From: an uncultured Candidatus Saccharibacteria bacterium
GTDB lineage: Bacteria; Patescibacteriota; Minisyncoccia; Phycocordibacterales; CAYSCM01
Reading direction: 5' to 3'
NCBI GenBank assembly: GCA_964429815.1
Contig: CAYSCM010000001.1
Location: 256,001-320,000, forward strand
Length of the DNA: 64,000 bases
How positions within the stretch are numbered: the first letter of the stretch is position 1; each line of letters starts with the position of its first letter. A program made the position numbers and the translations under genes. Below are positions 56,695 through 64,000 of the stretch, in pieces. The notes beneath the pieces are model-generated. The model was not told the origin of the DNA. It worked only from the letters and a program-made list of their open reading frames with translations, and ran no database searches.

Positions 56695-57081
56695 ATGGCA
56701 CTCCAGAGCAAATCGATCCTCATCGTCGACGATGACCGGTTTCTCATCGATATGTACTCGCTGAAGTTCAAAGAAGAAGGGTTCACGGTCTCCTCGGCGC
56801 AGGGCGGGGAAGAAGCCATCAGCAAGCTCTCGACTGAAGCTCCGGACGTCGTACTCCTCGATCTCATCATGCCGGGCGTCGACGGCCTCGAAGTGTTGCG
56901 GACCGTTCGGGAAAAGAATCTTGCGAAAGACACCACGTTCATCGTGCTTAGCAACCAAAGCCAAACCGACGACATAGCGCGCGCCAAGGAGCTCGGCGCC
57001 AATCACTACATCGTCAAGGCGAGCGCCGTACCCTCCGAAGTGGTCGCTGAGGTGCGCAAAAAATTAGCACAAACGTCATAA
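56695..57081 (+). CDS. single-domain response regulator (CheY-like receiver)
   Basis: ILIVDDD...D(57)-equivalent LLDLIMPGVDG, K box. Confidence 0.8.
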   Translation: MALQSKSILIVDDDRFLIDMYSLKFKEEGFTVSSAQGGEEAISKLSTEAPDVVLLDLIMPGVDGLEVLRTVREKNLAKDTTFIVLSNQSQTDDIARAKELGANHYIVKASAVPSEVVAEVRKKLAQTS

Positions 57082-57085
57082 TCGT

Positions 57086-58147
57086 ATGGACTATAAAAAA
57101 GAGCTCGTCGAACTTATCGAGACCGTCATAGCGGAGGGCGCTTCCGACCTCCACTTCACCGCCGGTCGACAGCCGACCATCCGCGTTTCCGGCTCGCTTC
57201 TTCCCCTTATCAAAAAACAGACGCTAACACCCGCCGATACCCTCGGCTTCCTCACCGAGCTCTTGCGGCCGGAGAAGAAAAAAGAATTCCTCGACACCCA
57301 GGAGATCGACTTCTCCTACGCCTTTAAGGACAAAGGACGTTTCCGCGGCAACGCTTTTTTCCAGCAGGGCACCATCGCGGTAGCGCTGCGCCTCATTCCT
57401 CGTGACATCCGGCCTCTCTCCGAGCTCAACTTGCCGCCCATTCTCGGAGAATTTACCAAGCGCGAACAAGGTTTCTTCCTGCTCGTGGGTCCCGTCGGGC
57501 AGGGAAAGTCGACCACCCTTGCGGCGCTCCTTGAGATGATCAACCAGGAGCGCTCTGAGCATATCGTGACCATCGAGGACCCGATCGAGTACCTTTTTCA
57601 GCCGAAAAAATCCCTCGTCGAGCAGCGCGAGGTGCGCATCGACACCAAGGATTTCCACATCGCGCTTAGGCAGGTATTCCGTCAGGACGTCGACGTCATT
57701 ATGATCGGCGAGATGCGATCGCCGGAGACCATATCGACCGCGGTCACCGCCGCGGAGACTGGCCACCTCGTCTTCTCGACGCTCCACACCAACAACGCCG
57801 CCCAGACCATCGACCGCATTATCGACTCGTTCCCCTCCGGACAGCAGGAGCAGATCCGCATCCAGCTTGCCGGCTCGCTTGCGGGTATTTTCTCGCAGCG
57901 CCTCATCCCGCGCATCTCCGGGGGGCTTGTGCCGGCCTATGAGCTTCTCATCAATAACGCTGCAGTCGCCAACCTCATCCGTGAAAAGCGCTCCCACGAG
58001 ATAAACACCGTCATCGAAACGGGCGCCGACCAAGGCATGATCGACATGAATCGCTCCCTTGCGGAGCTGGTCCGGCGGGGCGAAATTACGGTGGAAAACG
58101 CCTTCATGCGCTCCCTTAATCCCAAGGTTCTGGAGCGCCTCGTCTAG
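57086..58147 (+). CDS. pilT: twitching motility ATPase PilT
   Basis: GPVGQGKSTT Walker A, PilT family length and motifs. Confidence 0.9.
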   Translation: MDYKKELVELIETVIAEGASDLHFTAGRQPTIRVSGSLLPLIKKQTLTPADTLGFLTELLRPEKKKEFLDTQEIDFSYAFKDKGRFRGNAFFQQGTIAVALRLIPRDIRPLSELNLPPILGEFTKREQGFFLLVGPVGQGKSTTLAALLEMINQERSEHIVTIEDPIEYLFQPKKSLVEQREVRIDTKDFHIALRQVFRQDVDVIMIGEMRSPETISTAVTAAETGHLVFSTLHTNNAAQTIDRIIDSFPSGQQEQIRIQLAGSLAGIFSQRLIPRISGGLVPAYELLINNAAVANLIREKRSHEINTVIETGADQGMIDMNRSLAELVRRGEITVENAFMRSLNPKVLERLV

Positions 58148-58149
58148 CC

Positions 58150-59358
58150 ATGCTTTTCTCCTATAAAGCCATCGACGAAACAGGTGCCGCACGTGAGGGT
58201 ACCATCGATGCGGTCTCGCAGGACGCCGCGATAGCGGCCTTGCAGCGGCGAAATCTGGTCTTGACCTCCATTGGTGAAGCCGGAAAAGGCGGCGGACTCT
58301 CGCTCAATCTCGCTATTTTTGAGAGGGTTAAGTCGAAGGATATTGTCTTTCTCTCGCGCCAGATCTCGACCCTCTTCGAGGCTCAGGTCTCAGCGCTTCG
58401 TGTCTTCCGCCTCCTTGCCGCGGAATCGCCAAGCCCGGTGCTCGGTAAAAAATTGGCCGACGTCTCCGACGAGCTCCAGGGGGGAAGTTCCATCAGCAAG
58501 GCTTTGAGCAAGCACCCCGAGGTCTTTTCCGATTTTTACGTCAACATGGTGCGTGCGGGGGAAGAGTCGGGAAAACTCGACGAGATTTTCCGTTACCTTG
58601 CCGACTACCTCGACCGCTCCTACGAGGTGACCTCGAAGGTGCGCAATGCCCTTATCTATCCGGCGTTCGTCATCGTAACCTTCGTCGTCGTCATGATACT
58701 CATGCTCACCCTCGTCATCCCGAAGCTCTCCGTCATTCTCCTCGAGGCGGGGCAAAAAGTCCCCATCTATACGCGCATCATAATCGGGCTTTCGCAATTT
58801 TTCGTGAACTACGGCGTCTTTCTTTTCATCCTCGCCGGCATCGGCGGCGTCTTCGCCTGGCGCTTCGCGCGCACGAACAACGGGAGCTACTATTTCGATT
58901 CCCTTAAAATAAACATCCCCTACGTCGGAGACCTCTATCGCAAGCTCTACCTCTCTCGCGTGGCGGACAATCTATCCACCATGCTCCAGAGCGGCATCCC
59001 CATGGTGCGCGCTGTCGAGATATCTGCCTCCGTAGTCGGCAATTCTGTCTACCAGAAGGTGCTCCTCGAGACGCTCGAGAGCATCAAGGGCGGTATCTCG
59101 CTCTCCGATACCCTGGCGCGCTACCCTGCGGAGATCCCGGGCATTCTCGTCCAGATGACGCGGGTAGGCGAGGAGTCCGGCGAGCTCGGCTCTATCCTCA
59201 AGACCCTGGCCAAGTTCTACCAACGCGAGGTAAGCAATGCCGTCGACACCTTGGTGGGGCTTATCGAACCGGTCATGATAGTGGCGCTCGGCCTTGGCGT
59301 CGGCATCCTTCTCGCGGCAGTACTCCTACCCATCTACAACATCGCAAGCGCGGTGTAG
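58150..59358 (+). CDS. pilC: type IV pilus platform protein PilC (GspF family)
   Basis: two GspF repeats, 3 TM. Confidence 0.9.
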   Translation: MLFSYKAIDETGAAREGTIDAVSQDAAIAALQRRNLVLTSIGEAGKGGGLSLNLAIFERVKSKDIVFLSRQISTLFEAQVSALRVFRLLAAESPSPVLGKKLADVSDELQGGSSISKALSKHPEVFSDFYVNMVRAGEESGKLDEIFRYLADYLDRSYEVTSKVRNALIYPAFVIVTFVVVMILMLTLVIPKLSVILLEAGQKVPIYTRIIIGLSQFFVNYGVFLFILAGIGGVFAWRFARTNNGSYYFDSLKINIPYVGDLYRKLYLSRVADNLSTMLQSGIPMVRAVEISASVVGNSVYQKVLLETLESIKGGISLSDTLARYPAEIPGILVQMTRVGEESGELGSILKTLAKFYQREVSNAVDTLVGLIEPVMIVALGLGVGILLAAVLLPIYNIASAV

Positions 59359-59482
59359 AGCCCTGCTACGGCCGTCTCGTTATCCACACGCGCCTGCGTG
59401 GGGCATGGGGTAGCGACGTATACTTATGGCGTACGCTTTAGCATAAAAAGCGGTCGAAATTTAACGGTATTAATCAGTAACC

Positions 59483-59977
59483 ATGTTTACAAGAACTACT
59501 ACATCCAAAGGCTTCACCCTCATCGAGCTCCTCGTGGTCATCGCCATCATCGGCATACTCTCCTCGGTCGTCCTTGCTTCGCTTTCGACCGCTCGTGCCA
59601 AGAGCCGTGATGCAGCACGTGTCGCATCGCTCAAGGAAATGGCGAAATCCATTGCGCTTGCGGACGCAGACCCCGCTCCTGCACTTACGACCTGCACGGC
59701 AGCCGGCGCCAAGGCGAACACCTGCAATGGTCCCTCACCGGTCAACTTCGCAAGCTACTGCGACCCAACAGCCGGTTGTGGCGGCACAGCGTGTACGACG
59801 ACCAATGGCTCGGCTTGTCAGTATGCGATAGGCAAGGCAACCCTCGCAACGGCCAACCCAACCACCCAAAGTTGGGAGATCTGTATCTTCCTCGAAACCG
59901 GCGCAGGTTCGCTGAGTTCGGGTATGGTCCATTCCGGCTCCGATACCGGCGGCGGCGTCGTAGCGACCTGCAACTAG
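59483..59977 (+). CDS. type IV pilin (copy 1)
   Basis: KGFTLIELLVVIAIIGIL prepilin N-terminal methylation motif; Cys-rich C-terminal region. Confidence 0.85.
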   Translation: MFTRTTTSKGFTLIELLVVIAIIGILSSVVLASLSTARAKSRDAARVASLKEMAKSIALADADPAPALTTCTAAGAKANTCNGPSPVNFASYCDPTAGCGGTACTTTNGSACQYAIGKATLATANPTTQSWEICIFLETGAGSLSSGMVHSGSDTGGGVVATCN

Positions 59978-60051
59978 CCTCTATTTCTCACGAAATATCG
60001 AAATCCCCAGCGGTCGCTGGGGATTTCGCTTTATAGCGCTATACTTTTCCT

Positions 60052-60543
60052 ATGAGAAAACCCTATCGCCGCGGCTTCACCCTCATCGAGCTCCTCGTGG
60101 TCATCGCCATCATCGGCATACTCTCCTCGGTCGTCCTTGCTTCGCTTTCGACCGCTCGTGCCAAGAGCCGTGATGCAGCACGTGTCGCATCGCTCAAGGA
60201 AATGGCGAAATCCATTGCGCTTGCGGACGCAGACCCCGCTCCTGCACTTACGACCTGCACGGCAGCCGGCGCCAAGGCGAACACCTGCAATGGTCCCTCA
60301 CCGGTCAACTTCGCAAGCTACTGCGACCCAACAGCCGGTTGTGGCGGCACAGCGTGTACGACGACCAATGGCTCGGCTTGTCAGTATGCGATAGGACTCT
60401 CCTCGGCAATTGGGACCGGTGGCGCGACCACGCAGAATTACCAAATATGTACGTGGCTTGAGACCGGGGCCGGCTCACTTACACAGGGTCCGGTGAGCGT
60501 GCGAAGCGACACAGGAGGTGGCGTCGTGCAAAATTGCATCTAA
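60052..60543 (+). CDS. type IV pilin (copy 2); 5' ~350 nt identical to copy 1, divergent 3' end
   Basis: first ~118 aa identical to copy 1; ORF track shows identical antisense ORFs 59574..59831 and 60137..60394. Confidence 0.85.
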   Translation: MRKPYRRGFTLIELLVVIAIIGILSSVVLASLSTARAKSRDAARVASLKEMAKSIALADADPAPALTTCTAAGAKANTCNGPSPVNFASYCDPTAGCGGTACTTTNGSACQYAIGLSSAIGTGGATTQNYQICTWLETGAGSLTQGPVSVRSDTGGGVVQNCI

Positions 60544-60593
60544 ATCCCCAAGTTCTTGGAATTTGTTGTCGGGAGTGGATATATACTTAGTGT

Positions 60594-61103
60594 ATGAAAG
60601 AGTGCATGAAAGAGAAGCGCGGCTTCACCCTCATCGAGCTCCTCGTGGTCATCGCCATCATCGGCATACTCTCCTCGGTCGTCCTTGCTTCGCTCCAAAC
60701 TGCGCGCGCCAAGAGCCGTGACGCTAAGCGCATATCCGACCTGCGCCAGGTACAACTTGCGCTCGAGCTCTACTATGACGTCAATCGGGCATATCCATCG
60801 GCCATCACGACGGCGACCCTCGTGACCCCCGGCTACATCCCTTCGATACCCACGGACCCGACGACAGGCGTTTCGTATAAGTATTCGGTGCGCAATGCCA
60901 CCTGCACCAGCTATCACCTCGGCGCGGACCTCGAACAGACGAGCAATATCGCGCTCAACAACGACTCCGACGCAACGGCCGTCGCCGCAACGAGCGCCAC
61001 GTGCCCCGACGCATCCGTGACGACGAGCGACTTCAGTGGTGGATTCCCGACATGCTCTGCGACCTCGGGTACTCCTGACGGTTGTTATGATCTAACGCCG
61101 TAG
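60594..61103 (+). CDS. type IV pilin (copy 3); shares only the prepilin N-terminus with copies 1/2
   Basis: RGFTLIELLVVIAIIGILSSVVLASL then divergent. Confidence 0.85.
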   Translation: MKECMKEKRGFTLIELLVVIAIIGILSSVVLASLQTARAKSRDAKRISDLRQVQLALELYYDVNRAYPSAITTATLVTPGYIPSIPTDPTTGVSYKYSVRNATCTSYHLGADLEQTSNIALNNDSDATAVAATSATCPDASVTTSDFSGGFPTCSATSGTPDGCYDLTP

Positions 61104-61169
61104 CGTGCAAGGGAAAACCCGCGCCCGCTCTCAGCGGGGCCCGGTTTCTTTCGCGTTATACTAAGATGA

Positions 61170-61946
61170 ATGGCTCTTATCGGTATTGGCGCGTTCATGC
61201 TCGGAACCATCATCGGCAGTTTCCTTAACGTCGTCGTCCTCCGGCTTGGCTCGGGGCGCTCCGTGACGGGGCGCAGCGCCTGCCTTTCCTGTGGGACGAC
61301 GCTTGAAGCCGTCGATCTCGTTCCTATCCTCTCCTATCTTTTTCTTCGCGGCCGGTGCCGTCGCTGCGGGAGTCGCATGTCAGCCCAGTACCCGCTCGTC
61401 GAGCTTGCGACCGGCATATTGTTTCTCCTCGTCGCACTCCTCCCTTTTTCGCCCTATGAGATGATCTATCTTGCTATCCTCGTGTCCCTTCTTGTCGCCA
61501 TTGCCGCCTATGACATCAGGCACAAAATAGTACCCGATGTGCTCGTCTATCCGTTTATCGCACTTGCCCTCCTCCATGCCGCATTCGCCGCGTTCATCTT
61601 CATTCCCGCCACACCCTTTGCTCTCTATGTAGTCTCCGGATTTTCCTTCGCGCTACCCCTTGTCCTTATCTGGTATCTTTCTCATGGCCGCGCGATGGGG
61701 CTAGGTGACGGGAAGCTCGCGCTCGGACTGGGCTTCATGCTCGGTCCCATCGGGACCATCTCGGCATTCGTCTTTTCATTTTGGAGCGGCGCGCTTGTTG
61801 GGGTTGCGCTCATCGCTATTCAGCGCGTTGCTTTGCGGGCGAGGGGCAAGGCTCTTACAATGAAAAGCGAGATTCCCTTCGCCCCCTTCCTCATCTTCGG
61901 GGCGATGCTCGTAAAGCTCCTGGGAGTCGAGCTGCCGCTTTTTTAA
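61170..61946 (+). CDS. pilD: prepilin peptidase (A24 family)
   Basis: N-terminal CxxC..CxxC zinc motif and DUF/peptidase A24 TM core. Confidence 0.85.
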   Translation: MALIGIGAFMLGTIIGSFLNVVVLRLGSGRSVTGRSACLSCGTTLEAVDLVPILSYLFLRGRCRRCGSRMSAQYPLVELATGILFLLVALLPFSPYEMIYLAILVSLLVAIAAYDIRHKIVPDVLVYPFIALALLHAAFAAFIFIPATPFALYVVSGFSFALPLVLIWYLSHGRAMGLGDGKLALGLGFMLGPIGTISAFVFSFWSGALVGVALIAIQRVALRARGKALTMKSEIPFAPFLIFGAMLVKLLGVELPLF

Positions 61947-61956
61947 TCCCTACTCC

Positions 61957-62697
61957 ATGCACCCTAGAGACGACCACGCTCGATACCCTAAGGGCTTTAC
62001 GCTCGTGGAACTTCTCGTTACGGTCTCTATTCTCGTCGTCATCACTGCTATCATACTCGTGAGCCAAAACCGCTTTGGCGGTCAAATAACTCTCACGAAC
62101 CTTGCATACTCCCTGGCACTTTCCATTCGGCAAGCTCAAACGTACGGACTCGCTGTACGTGAGGTGAACTCCGGAAGCGGAAACTTCTCCGCTGCGTTCG
62201 GCGTCCACTTCGACCCCGCGACGCCGTCCCAGTACATCATCTTCGCGGATCTCGACGGCAACGGTCGCTACACAGACTCAAGCGAGAACTATTCGTTCAT
62301 CAGGATAACGAGCGGCGGCAAGATATCTTCCGTGTGCGGCGTGCTCGCCAATGCCACCAACAAGTGCAACCCCGACATTTCAACCCTCGATATCGTCTTC
62401 AAGCGCCCCAATCCCGACGCGCTCATCAAGAGTAATGTCCTCACCGACACCTATGGCGGCGCCAAAATAGTCCTCACCTCGCCGCAAGGGGATACCCGCT
62501 ACGTCTATGTTGCCGCGACCGGTCAGATCTCGGTCCAGCAGGCCGCCACGACGCTCTATACGCAGGCCTCCTACTATGCGCAGGGGTACTACCAGTCCTC
62601 CTACTACAGCCAGAGCTACTACCAGAGCACTTACTACAGCCAGGGCTACTACCAGAGTTACTACGAGAGTTCCTATCAACCCGGTTATGCATTCTAA
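61957..62697 (+). CDS. pseudopilin/minor pilin with C-terminal Tyr/Ser/Gln-rich repeat ending GYAF
   Basis: KGFTLVELLV prepilin motif; C-terminus ASYYAQGYYQSSYYSQSYYQSTYYSQGYYQSYYESSYQPGYAF. Confidence 0.75.
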   Translation: MHPRDDHARYPKGFTLVELLVTVSILVVITAIILVSQNRFGGQITLTNLAYSLALSIRQAQTYGLAVREVNSGSGNFSAAFGVHFDPATPSQYIIFADLDGNGRYTDSSENYSFIRITSGGKISSVCGVLANATNKCNPDISTLDIVFKRPNPDALIKSNVLTDTYGGAKIVLTSPQGDTRYVYVAATGQISVQQAATTLYTQASYYAQGYYQSSYYSQSYYQSTYYSQGYYQSYYESSYQPGYAF

Positions 62698-62710
62698 GTA
62701 TTTCGCGACA

Positions 62711-63292
62711 ATGAAGAGGGACGAAAAGCTTCGCGACGGCGGCTTCACGCTCATCGAGATCCTTGTCGCCATCACCATTTTTGCAATCGTCATGATGATC
62801 GCGGTCGCAGCACTTCTTGCTCTCGTCGACGGCTCTCGAAAAGCGCAAGCGCTCGAGTCGGTCATGAACAACCTCAACTTTGCGCTCGAGAACATGACGC
62901 GCTCCATCCGCGTTGGGACGCTCTATCACTGTCAGACGACGAACACCCCCTCATCAAACCTTCAGACCCCTCAAGACTGCACGACCGGTGGCGTACTCCT
63001 CGCGTTCGAAGGGGCAACGGGGGATACAACCACGAACAGCGACCAGATCATTTACCGCCTTAATGGGGCTCAGCTTGAGCGCAGTACCGATGGCGGTGGC
63101 ACCTTCATTGCCATTACGGCTCCTGAAGTCAATATCCAAAGTTTTGCATTTTACGTGAGCGGCACCACACGGGGGGACGGACAGCAGCCCAGAGTCCTCA
63201 TGACCATACGCGGCATTGCCGGCGTCTCCCCGAAGGTACAAACTCCTTTCTATCTGGAGTCCATGGCTTCCCAGCGCCTTCTCGACCTTTAA
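62711..63292 (+). CDS. pseudopilin (GspH/FimT-like)
   Basis: GGFTLIEILVAITIFAIVMM prepilin motif. Confidence 0.7.
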   Translation: MKRDEKLRDGGFTLIEILVAITIFAIVMMIAVAALLALVDGSRKAQALESVMNNLNFALENMTRSIRVGTLYHCQTTNTPSSNLQTPQDCTTGGVLLAFEGATGDTTTNSDQIIYRLNGAQLERSTDGGGTFIAITAPEVNIQSFAFYVSGTTRGDGQQPRVLMTIRGIAGVSPKVQTPFYLESMASQRLLDL

Positions 63293-63293
63293 T

Positions 63294-63911
63294 ATGGCCT
63301 CTTTCCAGAGAAAAACCGGATTTACCCTCATTGAGACGCTTGTCGCCATCTCAGTCCTTCTCGTGTCGATCGCGGGACCGCTCACCATCGCTTCTAAGAG
63401 CCTCACCTCCGCCCTTTTCGCCCGCGATCAGGTAACCTCTTTCTACCTCGCGCAAGAGGGCATCGAATTCGTCCGTAATTGGCGCGACAACAATGCGCTC
63501 GCGAGTGCGGCTTGGCTCACGGGGCTTAGCAACTGCATCTCACCGAATGTCTGTTCGGTCGATCCGAAAAATAACCTCATCGTTGCCTGCGCCGGAGGTG
63601 TGTGTCCCGCGCTCAAGTACGACAGTGCTTCCGGTTTTTACAACACTCAAACTGGTGCCAACTCTATATTTACCCGCACTATTAAGTTAACCCAGATAAC
63701 CGCCGATGAGTACGCGATTTCATCAAAAATTTCGTGGACCTCGGGGCTTTTTCCCAAGACCTTTCAGGTACGCGATAACATTTACAATTGGGCGGGCACC
63801 GCCGTCTACGCGCAAGGAGCCTACTACAGCCAAGGCACCTACTATAGCCAGGGCACTTACTACAGCCAGGGCTACTACCAGAGTACCTATCAGTCAGGGT
63901 ACGCGTTCTAA
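63294..63911 (+). CDS. pseudopilin with C-terminal YYSQG repeats ending GYAF
   Basis: TGFTLIETLVAISVLLV prepilin motif; C-terminus AQGAYYSQGTYYSQGTYYSQGYYQSTYQSGYAF. Confidence 0.75.
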   Translation: MASFQRKTGFTLIETLVAISVLLVSIAGPLTIASKSLTSALFARDQVTSFYLAQEGIEFVRNWRDNNALASAAWLTGLSNCISPNVCSVDPKNNLIVACAGGVCPALKYDSASGFYNTQTGANSIFTRTIKLTQITADEYAISSKISWTSGLFPKTFQVRDNIYNWAGTAVYAQGAYYSQGTYYSQGTYYSQGYYQSTYQSGYAF

Positions 63912-63917
63912 AATACC

Positions 63918-64000
63918 ATGTCTCGCTCCTCAGACGGATTCACTCTCTTGCTCGCAGTCCTCATCAGCAGCGTCCTTCTGACGCTTGGACTCGCTATCTT
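63918..64000 (+). CDS. pseudopilin, 5' partial (runs off window)
   Basis: DGFTLLLAVLISSVLL prepilin motif. Confidence 0.5.
   Translation, partial: MSRSSDGFTLLLAVLISSVLLTLGLAI

Noticed and set aside
1-64000. CRISPR arrays or cas genes
   Set aside because: No regularly spaced short direct repeats or Cas-like ORFs were seen anywhere in the window.

Overview
This is a roughly 58% GC bacterial window. Its backbone is a long str/S10/spc ribosomal-protein gene cluster running rpsL-rpsG-fusA-tuf-rpsJ-rplC...rplE-[insert]-rpsN...rplO-secY-adk-map. A second r-protein block, infC-rpmI-rplT, lies on the minus strand. The window also holds ssrA (tmRNA) with smpB, ftsH, recG, two tRNAs, comFC, and a complete type IV pilus / competence locus (pilMNO, pilB, a CheY-like regulator, pilT, pilC, three tandem pilins, pilD, several pseudopilins). 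A ComEC gene split into two pieces is also present. The most striking feature is a complete diversity-generating retroelement (DGR) inserted between rplE (L5) and rpsN (S14). It has a target gene with a C-terminal variable repeat (VR), a 108-bp template repeat (TR), an antisense Avd-like four-helix-bundle gene and a DGR-type reverse transcriptase. All 16 VR/TR differences fall on TR adenines, mostly in AAC codons. The ribosomal cluster is broken at four further places by small stand-alone genes, each with its own consensus sigma70 promoter and rho-independent terminator; three of them are antisense. There is no rpmD (L30), and S10, L23 and S19 carry terminal extensions. Together with the split ComEC and the pilus locus this is consistent with, but does not prove, a Patescibacteria/CPR-like organism. 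Other oddities: degenerate copies of the tmRNA 3' end flank an AT-rich ATPase gene, which looks like the scar of a tmRNA-integrated element. A tRNA-Ile carries anticodon TAT. A kinase gene is interrupted by a single in-frame TAG. A five-member intergenic repeat family sits upstream of consecutive minus-strand genes. The tandem pilins share identical 5' ends. Two or three pseudopilins end in Tyr-rich repeats terminating in GYAF. A candidate sRNA gene lies at 33.7 kb.
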